This document shows, piece after piece, positions 39,744 to 51,057 of a DNA stretch of 64,000 bases. Positions within the stretch are counted from its first letter, which is position 1. The number at the start of each line of letters is the position of its first letter. Location: positions 1,952,001 to 2,016,000 of the forward strand of contig CAXXMD010000002.1 in NCBI GenBank assembly GCA_963675755.2, read 5' to 3'. The stretch is from a bacterium (GTDB taxonomy: Bacteria > Zhuqueibacterota > Zhuqueibacteria > Residuimicrobiales > Krinioviventaceae). Under the pieces are notes generated by a model. That model was not told where the DNA came from, did no database searches, and was given only the letters and a program-made list of their open reading frames with translations. Both the position numbers and the translations under genes were made by a program.

Positions 39744-41675
39744 TCACCGTATCAATACCATTTTACGGGTATCTGAAAACTCTTTTGAACGGATGGTATA
39801 ATAATAAACTCCTGATGCAGCCTGGTTGCCAGATGCATCGGTCCCATTCCACATGACCTCATAATGCCCGGCAGGCCTGTCTTCATCAATCAGGGTAGCC
39901 AGTTTTTCGCCCTTAACATTGTAAACACCAAGCTCTACAAAACCGTGTTCCTGCAATTCAAATGAAATCCGTGTTACAGGATTAAAGGGATTGGGATAAT
40001 TTTGATACAACCGGTATTGGTTGGGAGTGTGGGTATTTAAATCCACTGCAGTATAGGTAGTTGTATTTTCCACCAGTTGCGCGTCTGTTTCCAATGTAAG
40101 CGAATCTCCCATTGTAGGATAAAGGGTTAATCTCAATCCATAAAATCCGGGAGTTAAACCCTGTGTATTCCACAAGGCCAACAGACCATTTTCAACAGGT
40201 TGCTTGTGCATACCATCAGTATCCCGCCAAATTGTACTGCTGTCTCTGATTCCGGCTGCATATTCAATCTTGTATTGCTTGAACTCGAGCGGATTATCAG
40301 GACCGCTAAGAATTCTGGCCGATCCAACAACAGGCACCTGCTCATTTATCTTGTTGTCAACCCAACCGATTTTTTCCTCAAACAAGAGTGCGCCGCCATG
40401 TGCTTCAGGAACAGCCAGGTAGCCGGTATTTAAAAGCGCTATGGCTGCAGATTCGTCAGCATCTATTTCCGTACCCAACAAAGATGACATGGCAGCAACC
40501 AGAATTCCGGTCTCTCGCGCAATGGTTTGTGACATGTTCAATGTACGGTAAAGTATCATTTCACTCCTGGCAAAAGCACCTATGTACCCTCCACTGCCAT
40601 CGCACACACTGTTGTCAACAACTACGTGGGAACTGTCCATAGACAGTATTTCACCAAACACACAATTTTCAATGGTCAGTTTTGCTTCTTTTGACGCGTA
40701 AAAATTCCAGGTTTCTACCTCTGTATTTATCATACGCATATTACGGTCAGGAACATCCAGCACCTTGTCAGAATATTTATAACCATTGGTCAAATTGGAT
40801 ATTGTTACAGAATCCGGAATATCCACATACAATCCCGCTGCGCGTAATTTTGTATCTCTGAATATTACATCACATCCACTAATGGCAATTGTTCCCCACC
40901 AAACATTTGTACAACTATCTACGGATACAGCATAATCAATGCCTGTTACACCGGGTGTTTCCTCTGAAAACTCGAAACCTACTACCATTGAATCCGCAGG
41001 TAGAGTCATATCTACTTTACTGTTTTCCGGTAAAACAAACCAGAACAACAGAGAATCACATTGGCTGAAATTTATTGTGTTTTGATTAAAACAAAGATAC
41101 TCACCCGGAAGAATGCTTCTGGCTATGTCGGCGCTGCTGTTTTCCATCATTGCCGTTGTGATAAATCCTTTGGAAATATGAGAATCATGAATTTCAAGAT
41201 ATGCTTCGTTGGTCATACCAATATCCCAACTTTGATTGGAGGATGTAAAATTCACCCCGTTCATCAAAAACCTGCCATTCTCAATAATCAGAGATTCGTG
41301 CTCATAAATATATTCTTGAACAATAGTAAAATTACCGCCCCGAACATCCAGAGTACCATTCCCCATGATATAAATATCACCATCGATATAAAAATCAGCA
41401 TTATCCAATAACAATATGCCATTATTTACAATGGCAAGATCACCATCCAGATGATAACTACCGGTAATTGTAAGCGTTTCATTGGGATCAGGATATCCTA
41501 CAATGAGTTCAGCGTCATTCGTTTTCTTTTGTTTCTTTAATTGTGGTAAAGAATGGAGCGATCTGGCAAAGGATTTTGCCTGTGCCGACGGAATTACCAA
41601 TAACGAATCCTGCGCTAAAGTTTTCCCCGATATGATAAAACTGATAATAATAGCAATCAAACTCAAATTTCTCAT
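39744..41675 (-). CDS. Secreted beta-helix-like protein with FlgD-Ig/T9SS-type CTD
   Basis: Signal peptide; beta-rich repetitive body; QNYPNPFNP..WNGTDASGNQAASGVY. Confidence 0.75.
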   Translation of the reverse strand: MRNLSLIAIIISFIISGKTLAQDSLLVIPSAQAKSFARSLHSLPQLKKQKKTNDAELIVGYPDPNETLTITGSYHLDGDLAIVNNGILLLDNADFYIDGDIYIMGNGTLDVRGGNFTIVQEYIYEHESLIIENGRFLMNGVNFTSSNQSWDIGMTNEAYLEIHDSHISKGFITTAMMENSSADIARSILPGEYLCFNQNTINFSQCDSLLFWFVLPENSKVDMTLPADSMVVGFEFSEETPGVTGIDYAVSVDSCTNVWWGTIAISGCDVIFRDTKLRAAGLYVDIPDSVTISNLTNGYKYSDKVLDVPDRNMRMINTEVETWNFYASKEAKLTIENCVFGEILSMDSSHVVVDNSVCDGSGGYIGAFARSEMILYRTLNMSQTIARETGILVAAMSSLLGTEIDADESAAIALLNTGYLAVPEAHGGALLFEEKIGWVDNKINEQVPVVGSARILSGPDNPLEFKQYKIEYAAGIRDSSTIWRDTDGMHKQPVENGLLALWNTQGLTPGFYGLRLTLYPTMGDSLTLETDAQLVENTTTYTAVDLNTHTPNQYRLYQNYPNPFNPVTRISFELQEHGFVELGVYNVKGEKLATLIDEDRPAGHYEVMWNGTDASGNQAASGVYYYTIRSKEFSDTRKMVLIR

Positions 41676-41758
41676 GCGTATCAACTCCTGATTTTTTTCT
41701 AATTTATATTACGAAAAATAACAGTTTTAGCGTGTGACCTTACGCACAGAGATATAAT

Positions 41759-44700
41759 TTATTGGTGTGGATATTGATAAGTTATATCAAAACGTGTACC
41801 TGTTGAATTTGACACCTCAATGTTACCACCCAGCTGCCCCACCAGGCTGTTGACAAGGCGCAGTCCTAATGATTTTACACTGGTAAAATCTATCTTGGTA
41901 TCCAATCCAACACCTTCATCCCAAATGGAGAGACTATGCTTTAAGCAATTTTCATGATCAAGATGACACTTTTCAACACGCAGTTCAAGATGAATATCTC
42001 CCTCACCTTCAGGATATGCATATTTAAAAGCATTTGTCATTAATTCATTAACAATCAAACCACAAGGTATTGAACGATCAATATCGAGTCCCACATCTTC
42101 AGGAATGTCTACAATAACATTCACGTTACTTGCCTGCTCTTTAAAAAGATAGGAAATATGGTCAACAATTCCCTGCATATAAGACTTGAAATCAATTTTT
42201 GACAGATCGTTCGTTTGGTACAACCTCTCATGTACCAACGCAATGGTTTTCACCCTGTTACGGCTCTCTTCTATAACGTTCTGTACATTATCTTCAGGGT
42301 GATTTCGTCCCTGCAAATAGAGCAGGCTTGAAATAATTTGAAGATTATTTTTAACCCTGTGATGTATTTCTTTTAATAAAACTTCTTTTTCATTCAATGA
42401 TTTTTTCAATTCATTTTCAAATAAAATCTGGGCCGTAACTTCCATACCGTAAATATTGAAATATGTTTCACCAGAAATGGGTGCAATGGTCAACTTGTAA
42501 TAATAATCATCATGACACTGTTCGATATACTCTTGCACTGTGTGCTCTTTTTTCGCAGTATCAATAATTGTTAAAATATGATCGGGGACTGTATTGCCTA
42601 TTTTCGCATCCCATTGTGATAAAAGTTGAAACGAAGACTCGTTAGCAAACAATATCACACCCATCTCATCAATTCTAATTACAGGACTAGGATTTTCATT
42701 TGGAAAGCGAGCCATACTTGCAATATTGATTTGAGCTTCTTTTATAGCAGTCAACTGGTTTTCCAACAATTTGTTGATATTGGCAAGTTCCATGTTTTTA
42801 TTATCTACCAGTTTTTTGGCTTGCATCAACTCTTTATTCCGGGTTTCAAGCATTACATTATTTTTTAAATTTCTAAAAATCAAGAATGTGATCACCAGCA
42901 ATAACGTCATCATCATTCCTATAAACCAGTTTTGCTTCCAAATTGAAGGTAAAACATGAAAATGGATCTTTGCAGGAGTAGGATCAACATTCAGATCATC
43001 ATTCATAGAACGAATTTGTATTGTATGCATACCCGGTGACAGCATCAGAAAAACATTATTGGTTTCAGGCGTATATGGAGACCAGTTACCATCATCCAAC
43101 TGGTATGAATATAATAACCAATTATCATTTTGGGGCTGCCAATGGTCGTTCCCTTCCCATTTAACCACAACATTACCCGGGCTTGCAACTTTATCAATTG
43201 AAGAAAAGATAGTTGTTTCCGGAATATTCTTTTCAAAAAATACACCCACACTAAATATTTTATACATATCAAGATCAAATTTGGGGTATTCCGGATTGGG
43301 CTGTAAAAACCAAAATTCATTAAAAAAATTCAACCAAAGTTTTGAATCACTTTCTTTATAAAAATAGATATAATCTTTAATGTCCAAATCAAATGGAAAT
43401 TCCAATTCAAACCATTGTGTCATTTCAATATCTTTTACATTCATGATACCGTAATTAATTCCTGTTTTGGTAGATATTACTACTCGGTTATTACTCAGGA
43501 ATACGACATCACGAATATTATTATCAATCAAACCATGTGAGGCATCCAAAATCTTCCAATTTTGTCCATCATATACAACAATTCCATAGCCCCTGCTACA
43601 AAACCACAATCTGCCATCAGGATCAAGGACTATATTATCAAACTTTGCTTTTTCAAGTCCGGGTACTTTGATATCCTGCCAGCTCTGATCATCAAACACT
43701 TTGATCCCATAATATCCGCAACTCCAAACGCGACCATCAGGAGACTGTTCAAGTCCATATGAAACGTCCGGTGCGTTGGGTTCCAAGTGATGGTACCATT
43801 CCCCCCCGGTCTGATCATCAGGAATAAACTCTAATAACCCACCCTTGAAATTTTCATCATATTCAAAATCAACAGCTCCGGACAACCACAAATGACCATT
43901 CCGATCTTCAAGGATAGTATTATATCCTATTGACCAGGAAAGGTTTGAATGAATTGTACGTTTCCATTTATTATTTTCATAAAATGCAGTTGCGGCAACA
44001 CCATGATGAGAACCTATAGCCCACACTTGACCATTTTTCAGGCCAAAAAGATGTTGCGGGTGACTCATTAAACCTTCTTTGATACCAAAGCGGGTTTGCA
44101 TATTCTGCTTTGCCTGAATTACATCATTATTATTATCAATATACCAGTTTGCTCCCATTTCATCTTTAAATTGGAGTACACCATTATTCCAAAACGCTTC
44201 ATTCTTGCTTGCATTCACAAATCTGGAGACAAACTGATTTTCACCACACAGCCATACATCACCGTTAAAATCTATCAGTCCGAACGTTCGATTACTGGGC
44301 ACTTTATTTTTAAGAGATGAATAGGTATAAATTTTTATTTCATCATTTTTTAAAACATGAAATGACTGGCTCCCGGTAATCCATATCTCGTCATCTGTCT
44401 CAATCAAATCAGAATTTCGGTTAAACCCGCCAAGGTTTGTGAGATCGATATATCTCCACTTTTCGTTCTCAAAAATATTTACACCACTTTTTTTATCTTC
44501 ACTTAATACCCAAATAGCTCCATCTTTGGTCTGAAACAAATATGGAGTCTCACCAGGAACCAAGCCATCTTGTTCAGTATAAAAAGCATCAAATAATTCA
44601 ACTTTACCCTTGTCATCTGTAATTTCAAACCATCCAACATTACCATTCTGAACAGCATACCAAATACGTTGATTAAAAACATCAAAAACTAGATTTCGGG

Positions 44701-45385
44701 GTTGAAACAAATCTTTATATTGTAAATCTATAATATCAAGATTCAACTCTACCGTATAAAGTGTGTTTGAAAATGTAATTTTCTGATCAGATTCAAAAGA
44801 ATCCAAATGAAATGATTGTCCATTTTGAAAAGAAACTGAACGATTAGTATTCTCTTCAAAATCAAATATATTATCAGACGTTGCGTATAAATAGAATTCA
44901 TTTTTATACCAACGCAAGACTCCAAACCGTGTAGGAATCAATAGACTACTGTCTGGTGCTTGGATAATATCATAATCAAGCCAGAAAAAGTCTGAAAATA
45001 AAAAAAGTGGAGTTAAAACATCATTATCCACCAAATATAATCCGGTTGTAGAACCTGCAATTAACCGGCCATCCGACATTGTTAGCAATGTTACAATTTT
45101 ATTGGCAGGTTCTCCCATGCAAGAGTCTATTTTTACCCATTTCAAGCCATTATAGCTTACAAGCCCCTGGTTTACACCAAACCACATGGTACTGTCCGGA
45201 GTTTGTTCCATGCAATTTACACCCAAACCATCCAGACCATTAAACTTTTGCCAAAATGAAATATTATTTACAGGATCATTTTCAAAAGGTTGGAAAAATA
45301 ATACAGGCAAGGCTATGCTATGATATAAAAACAAAACCATCACCACCCCGAACAAAACTACGCCCCGACGCCACCTGGAATCCAT
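41759..45385 (-). CDS. Sensor histidine kinase (propeller + Y_Y_Y, TM, PAS-like, HisKA_2)
   Basis: LLKEIHHRVKNNLQ, NELMTNAFKYA, DEGVG, SLGLRLV; YSYQLDDG; DPTPA. Confidence 0.92.
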   Translation of the reverse strand: MDSRWRRGVVLFGVVMVLFLYHSIALPVLFFQPFENDPVNNISFWQKFNGLDGLGVNCMEQTPDSTMWFGVNQGLVSYNGLKWVKIDSCMGEPANKIVTLLTMSDGRLIAGSTTGLYLVDNDVLTPLFLFSDFFWLDYDIIQAPDSSLLIPTRFGVLRWYKNEFYLYATSDNIFDFEENTNRSVSFQNGQSFHLDSFESDQKITFSNTLYTVELNLDIIDLQYKDLFQPRNLVFDVFNQRIWYAVQNGNVGWFEITDDKGKVELFDAFYTEQDGLVPGETPYLFQTKDGAIWVLSEDKKSGVNIFENEKWRYIDLTNLGGFNRNSDLIETDDEIWITGSQSFHVLKNDEIKIYTYSSLKNKVPSNRTFGLIDFNGDVWLCGENQFVSRFVNASKNEAFWNNGVLQFKDEMGANWYIDNNNDVIQAKQNMQTRFGIKEGLMSHPQHLFGLKNGQVWAIGSHHGVAATAFYENNKWKRTIHSNLSWSIGYNTILEDRNGHLWLSGAVDFEYDENFKGGLLEFIPDDQTGGEWYHHLEPNAPDVSYGLEQSPDGRVWSCGYYGIKVFDDQSWQDIKVPGLEKAKFDNIVLDPDGRLWFCSRGYGIVVYDGQNWKILDASHGLIDNNIRDVVFLSNNRVVISTKTGINYGIMNVKDIEMTQWFELEFPFDLDIKDYIYFYKESDSKLWLNFFNEFWFLQPNPEYPKFDLDMYKIFSVGVFFEKNIPETTIFSSIDKVASPGNVVVKWEGNDHWQPQNDNWLLYSYQLDDGNWSPYTPETNNVFLMLSPGMHTIQIRSMNDDLNVDPTPAKIHFHVLPSIWKQNWFIGMMMTLLLVITFLIFRNLKNNVMLETRNKELMQAKKLVDNKNMELANINKLLENQLTAIKEAQINIASMARFPNENPSPVIRIDEMGVILFANESSFQLLSQWDAKIGNTVPDHILTIIDTAKKEHTVQEYIEQCHDDYYYKLTIAPISGETYFNIYGMEVTAQILFENELKKSLNEKEVLLKEIHHRVKNNLQIISSLLYLQGRNHPEDNVQNVIEESRNRVKTIALVHERLYQTNDLSKIDFKSYMQGIVDHISYLFKEQASNVNVIVDIPEDVGLDIDRSIPCGLIVNELMTNAFKYAYPEGEGDIHLELRVEKCHLDHENCLKHSLSIWDEGVGLDTKIDFTSVKSLGLRLVNSLVGQLGGNIEVSNSTGTRFDITYQYPHQ

Positions 45386-45604
45386 CTAGCTTCTATACCT
45401 TATAATTCAGAGCAATTCATGAAAAACATCATGAATCATATTCAATAAAGAATTTAATAAAATTATACTTAACCACAAAGTATAAAATAAAATTCTTTTA
45501 ATACACCAAATATAATGTAACAATATTTATGCCGAACACATTAACATAAATACTTGAAAAGATAAAAAGAAACAGAAAACCCCTGGCAGGCAGCAAAAAC
45601 CAGA

Positions 45605-48600
45605 TTAAATAATTTTTTTGGGATACTTGTATGAAATATCAAACCTTGTTCCGTTATCAACGGAAATATTAATTTCACCATCTAACTGATCAACAAGATT
45701 CTGAACCAGGCGTAATCCCAATGTATTCATATTCTGATAATCAATATCGTTGTTGATACCTACACCTTCATCCCAAACGGAAAGTACATGTTTTGTAAAA
45801 TCATCTGATCCGTTACCTTTATCATTTACATTTAATTTTAAATATACAACTCCCTTTTTCTCAGGATATGCATATTTGAAAGCATTGGTAACCAATTCAT
45901 TTACAATTAATCCGCAGGGTATGGATCGATCCAGATCAAGTTTTACATTCTCAGGTATATCTACAACTACATTTATACCTTTTACTTTATCTTTAAACAG
46001 ATAACCGATATGATCAACAATTCCCCTCATATAGATCTTGAAATCGATTTTAGATAAATCATTAGATTGATACAATCGCTCATGAACCAAAGCTATAGTC
46101 TTGACGCGGTTGCGGCTTTCTTCAATTATATTTTGTACCTCTTCATTAGAATTATTTCTTGCCTGAAGATACAATAAACTGGAAATTATCTGTAAATTAT
46201 TTTTTACCCGGTGGTGGATTTCTTTGAGCAGCACTTCTTTTTCACCAAGCGATTTTTTAAGTTGATCTTCAAAAACAATCTGAGCTGTAATTTCCATTCC
46301 ATAGATGTTATAATATTGTTCACCATAGATCGGAGTTATGGATAATTTATAAAAAATATCTTTGCCGCAACGTTCTATATATTCCTGTACTTTATTCTCG
46401 ACATTGGCTTTACGCATTAAATCTAAAATATGATCAGGAACCCGATTCCCCAACTGCACGTTCCATTGAGCCAACAAATGTACAGATGACTCGTTTGCGA
46501 ATAATATCGTTCCCTGTTCATCAATACGCAATACAGGGCTGGGATTTTCATTCGGGAATTTTGCCATGCTGGCAATATTGCTTTGGGCTTCTTTGATCGT
46601 TTTCAACTGCTTTTTCTGGATCTCATTCTGTTTAGCCAGTTCAATATTTTTTCTAAAAATACTGGATATCAATAAAAGAATAATGGAAATAAAAGTAATT
46701 AACAAGGTTAGAAACCAACCCTGTTTCCAAATGGAAGGCAAAACTTTGAATTCAATAACAGCCGGAGTAGGATCAATATTTAAATCCTGATTCATAGAAC
46801 GGACCTGGATTTTGTGTTTTCCCGGTTCCAGCATGTAAAAAGTTTGAGAACGCTGTCTGGAAAACAATGACCAGGGACCATCATCAATTCGATAGGAAAA
46901 ATAAATATTATCGTTTGCTTCCGGTTTTCCGGGTTCAACACCTCTCCAGTTTACGATAAAGCTCGTTTTATAAGATATTTCATCAAATTTTGTAACAATA
47001 AACGTTTCAGGAAACAAATTTTTAAAAGTCAATCGTTGTGCGTTAGGTTTTTGAATGACATGACCTATATTCTTATAATGCGGATGATTTTTCAAAATCC
47101 ACTGTTCAGAATATCTATTAATCCAAAAACTGTTATCATTCTCTTTAACCAGATAATTGAAATCTTTTGACGTGAGTTCTTCAGGCGTCAACAAGGGAAA
47201 CCACTGTATTGTTTCATAATCACTTGCATCGCATCTTGCAAGATTAATACCTGTAATTGTAGATACCAGCACCTTGTGATTATCCATAAACAAAATATCA
47301 CGAATCGTATTATCTGAAAGTCCGTTAAGAATATCTATATTATACCAGGTGTTACCATCGTAAATAAAAATACCATATCCACGGGTTCCTACCCACAAAT
47401 TCCCGTGTGGATCGGTTTCAATTGCATCAACTCGAACGACAGTATCTGGTGGTAAATTAAACTTTTTCCAATCTCCATTTTCATAAACACGTATACCAAA
47501 CAAACCACCAATCCAAATTCGTCCATCTGGAGTTTGAGTAATACTGTAAGCTACTTTTTCAGTAGCTTTTATATCAAGATGTTTAACCCATTTACCCTTG
47601 TTTTTATCCTGAGGTATATACTCTAAAATACCTCCTTTATAATTACTGCTTATGCGGAAATCAACAGCACCAGACATCCACAAGTGATCATCTTTGTCTA
47701 CAAATAAACTGTTCATCTCAATTGACCAGGAAGTATCTCCGTGATCCGTTCGTTCCCACTTGCCGTTTCTAAAAACTGCGGTTGCAGCCCGTCCATAATG
47801 AGAACCAGCAACCCAAACATTTCCATTCTTTTGCTGCACCATTTTAACAGGATCGCTCATGACACTATCTTTAACACCATATCGTTTCCAGGTGTTGTTC
47901 TTGAATGCAAGTAGATAACCATCATCATGAATATACCAGTCTGTACTGTCCGCATCAGTGAATTGGAATATGGAATGATCATAATATACTTTACTCTCAT
48001 CCTGTTTGTCAAATCGCACAACAAACTGGTCTTCACCGGCAAACCAGATATTTTTACTATTGTCTTGAAAAATTGAAGTTTTGTTGCCCGGCACCCGTCC
48101 ATCGAACCGGGAGAAAGGATAAATTTTCCATTTATTATTCTGGAGTATATGCAGGTAATGAGTGCCAGAAATCCAAACCTCATCATCAATTTCCAATAAT
48201 TGACAATTATTATCATACCCACCCAAATCACCCAGTTTGAAATGTTCCCAGCGATTGTTCCGGTATGTATTTACACCGCTCGAGTTGTCATCAGTTATGC
48301 CCCAAATACTGCCGTCACGGGTTTGTCTTAAACGTGTCAATTTACCGGGTACAAGACCATCTTTACGAGTAAACAGTTTGTAATCAAAATCCTTTCCCGC
48401 CAGACAATTTTTAAAATCAATATAACCAATATTTCCATCGGTCATAGTAAACCAGATAAGGTCTCGCTGTTTATCATATATAATCTCACGTGGTTTGAGT
48501 TTTTCATTGAATGCTTCTTCAACCTGGTCAATTTTGATAATCTTAACAAGTGTTGAAGAAAAAGGATCGTTCAAAAATACCTTGTCGTTTGTTTTTATGG

Positions 48601-49216
48601 TATCTTTTTGAGAGTCATATAACTCTCCATTATCAAAAAAGATTTGATTATTATCTCTTCTTAAATATTCTCTAATTCTATTTTCAGTTGTGAATAACCG
48701 GATTTCATCATGAGTGATTTGTATAAACCCAAATTGTATGGGAATCCATAAAGTATGGTCAGGCGCTTCTAATATATCATAATAATACCAGAATATATCT
48801 GGTAGTGCTAAATAAGGCTGCCAGGTGTTATTATTAAACAGCGTTATACCTGAATTGTTTGCAGCAAAAAACTCCCCATTACTACATGATAAAAAAGTAA
48901 CTATTTCTAAATTTCTTATTCCTAACGAGTTATTATGCAAGACCCAGTTAATTCCATCATAACTGACAGCACCCTTGTCTGTACCAAACCACATGGTACT
49001 GTCACAAGATTGCCCCATACAGTTCAACCCATAACCGCTCAGCTCTTTAAAGGAATTCCAACGGGTTACATTACTAAACGGATCTTCCGTTATTGGCTGA
49101 TCATATTCAATGGAAAAAGAAAGGCATGAATAAAGTAATATAAATACTACTATTCCTTTGAAAAGAATTGTATCCAAATCATACTTGTAATTCTTCACCG
49201 ACAACCCCTTATTCAA
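45605..49216 (-). CDS. Sensor histidine kinase, tandem paralog of 41759-45385
   Basis: Same architecture and motifs; exact start uncertain. Confidence 0.92.
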   Translation of the reverse strand: MNKGLSVKNYKYDLDTILFKGIVVFILLYSCLSFSIEYDQPITEDPFSNVTRWNSFKELSGYGLNCMGQSCDSTMWFGTDKGAVSYDGINWVLHNNSLGIRNLEIVTFLSCSNGEFFAANNSGITLFNNNTWQPYLALPDIFWYYYDILEAPDHTLWIPIQFGFIQITHDEIRLFTTENRIREYLRRDNNQIFFDNGELYDSQKDTIKTNDKVFLNDPFSSTLVKIIKIDQVEEAFNEKLKPREIIYDKQRDLIWFTMTDGNIGYIDFKNCLAGKDFDYKLFTRKDGLVPGKLTRLRQTRDGSIWGITDDNSSGVNTYRNNRWEHFKLGDLGGYDNNCQLLEIDDEVWISGTHYLHILQNNKWKIYPFSRFDGRVPGNKTSIFQDNSKNIWFAGEDQFVVRFDKQDESKVYYDHSIFQFTDADSTDWYIHDDGYLLAFKNNTWKRYGVKDSVMSDPVKMVQQKNGNVWVAGSHYGRAATAVFRNGKWERTDHGDTSWSIEMNSLFVDKDDHLWMSGAVDFRISSNYKGGILEYIPQDKNKGKWVKHLDIKATEKVAYSITQTPDGRIWIGGLFGIRVYENGDWKKFNLPPDTVVRVDAIETDPHGNLWVGTRGYGIFIYDGNTWYNIDILNGLSDNTIRDILFMDNHKVLVSTITGINLARCDASDYETIQWFPLLTPEELTSKDFNYLVKENDNSFWINRYSEQWILKNHPHYKNIGHVIQKPNAQRLTFKNLFPETFIVTKFDEISYKTSFIVNWRGVEPGKPEANDNIYFSYRIDDGPWSLFSRQRSQTFYMLEPGKHKIQVRSMNQDLNIDPTPAVIEFKVLPSIWKQGWFLTLLITFISIILLLISSIFRKNIELAKQNEIQKKQLKTIKEAQSNIASMAKFPNENPSPVLRIDEQGTILFANESSVHLLAQWNVQLGNRVPDHILDLMRKANVENKVQEYIERCGKDIFYKLSITPIYGEQYYNIYGMEITAQIVFEDQLKKSLGEKEVLLKEIHHRVKNNLQIISSLLYLQARNNSNEEVQNIIEESRNRVKTIALVHERLYQSNDLSKIDFKIYMRGIVDHIGYLFKDKVKGINVVVDIPENVKLDLDRSIPCGLIVNELVTNAFKYAYPEKKGVVYLKLNVNDKGNGSDDFTKHVLSVWDEGVGINNDIDYQNMNTLGLRLVQNLVDQLDGEINISVDNGTRFDISYKYPKKII

Positions 49217-49317
49217 AATGGCACTATGGAATAAAAGTATAATTGTTTAAATAATTTTAGAACATACTACAAATATAATTAAAAATCAATTATCATCACT
49301 GCAAAATTAAATTTTTT

Positions 49318-50937
49318 ATGTATTTTTTCCTGTATTTGTTTTCATTTCCTTTTTTTGTATATTTTAAAATGAATAATCAAGGTTGGACAATGATCAAAAA
49401 TAATGAAAATTTCGGTTTCTATATTGTTTTTTTTACAATCATGTTACTGCATGTACTCTTGATGGCTTTTACCCGCCTGCTGCCTGCTGTTGATGCCCCC
49501 ATGCATTTGGCATCCGCAACCATTTATCGGGAATTTGGTAATTCTGCCAATGGCTTTCAAAACTGGTTTGTTTTAAAAAACATGGTTATGCAGCCAAATT
49601 CAATCCATCATTTCTTTTGCGGCTGGCCGATTTTCCCTTCAGTAGAATTTGCCAACACGGTCTATTTCATGTTGTATATGATTATCTTTCCCTTGTCTCT
49701 GCTACTTGTAATACGCAAATTCGGTGGTCACCCGGCATACGCGTTATTGGGATTCCTGGTGCTGTACAATAACAACTTTATCTGGGGCTTTATGGGATTT
49801 TTCATGTCCGTTCCCTTTGTACTTTTATTTCTTGTAATACTATCGGATTACTTTTTCAAAGCCCGCAAGCGAGATGCCCTGTTTATTATTCTCATGTTTA
49901 TTGTCCTTTTTATTATGCACGGCATTACCACCCTGCTGACTATTGGATTTTTTGGTCTAGCACTTTTATGGCGTTACTGGAAAACCCCCAAGACTCTGAT
50001 TGCCAAAAGTCTGGTACTGGTGCCCGTACTCTTGTTGCTTGCCAGATTTTTTACCACCCAGGGCGAAGAAGGCGGCAATGCCGGCGGTAAAAGTTTTCTC
50101 AAAGAACTTTATTACTATTACAGAGATGATTACCTGGCAACATTGTTTAACCGCATTGGCATGCTTTACCGCAACAACTGGTTGTTCAACGAAGGTAAAT
50201 GGGCCATGCTGCTGGCAGCCTCGTTTTCCATATTGCTCCTTTTCATCATCATTTTGAATTTAAAATTCAGCAAACAAATTTTTAAAGCAGCCAGTCCGTC
50301 AAAGGCAACGTACATCCCCATATTGTTTGCCGCTGCGGTTACCCTGTTGTGGATTATCATTCCCGCACCCAAGCGCTTTATCAGTTTTTCGTATGAACGT
50401 ATTGATGTCTTTGTGTTCCTTGCTCTCATTTTGTTTGCCAGCTTGTTTTTCAAAAAACCATTCAGCAAACCTGTGCTGTATGGAATTGCTGTGGTGTGTT
50501 TGATCCATTTTGTTATGTGGATGGATTTTTATCGGGATTTTAACAAAGAAAACCAAAACCTGAACGCCGGGTTTTTCCCCAAAGCGGATACTCACCATGT
50601 GCTTACCGGATTAATTTACGATGCCGAGTTCAGGGGGCACCCCATGTATATCCATTTCCCCAACTATTATATTGTATGGAACAAGGGTATTGCTACTCCC
50701 CGCTTTACAGATTTAGGACTCACCTGGCGTGTTGGCAGAAAAGACGATCTGCCCGAGTACAGCGAATGGCTCTACCGGCGTATTCCACGCGAGATGGAAT
50801 ACTATGCCGAATATGAAAACGTTTCGTATTTGCTGGTGCGCGGAAAAATGACTGACCGGGCCGCCGCCTTTTTCGACGATTTTCAACTCGTTAACAGCGC
50901 CAGCAAATGGGAGCTGTGGGAGCGGGTGACAGAGTAG
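49318..50937 (+). CDS. Polytopic membrane protein, possibly GT-C glycosyltransferase-like
   Basis: Many TM segments; LPAVDAPMHLA motif after the first TM; soluble C-terminal domain. Start may be 49390. Confidence 0.55.
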   Translation: MYFFLYLFSFPFFVYFKMNNQGWTMIKNNENFGFYIVFFTIMLLHVLLMAFTRLLPAVDAPMHLASATIYREFGNSANGFQNWFVLKNMVMQPNSIHHFFCGWPIFPSVEFANTVYFMLYMIIFPLSLLLVIRKFGGHPAYALLGFLVLYNNNFIWGFMGFFMSVPFVLLFLVILSDYFFKARKRDALFIILMFIVLFIMHGITTLLTIGFFGLALLWRYWKTPKTLIAKSLVLVPVLLLLARFFTTQGEEGGNAGGKSFLKELYYYYRDDYLATLFNRIGMLYRNNWLFNEGKWAMLLAASFSILLLFIIILNLKFSKQIFKAASPSKATYIPILFAAAVTLLWIIIPAPKRFISFSYERIDVFVFLALILFASLFFKKPFSKPVLYGIAVVCLIHFVMWMDFYRDFNKENQNLNAGFFPKADTHHVLTGLIYDAEFRGHPMYIHFPNYYIVWNKGIATPRFTDLGLTWRVGRKDDLPEYSEWLYRRIPREMEYYAEYENVSYLLVRGKMTDRAAAFFDDFQLVNSASKWELWERVTE

Positions 50938-51057
50938 AAAACAATTTATTGCAAAGTCATATTAGAAATTTGTTTAGAATTTTGCATTGCATTTTACTAA
51001 ATTCTTTTTATTTTTTATCTAGCGGGAATTTTATTCAACCACCAGCAAGGGGCATTC

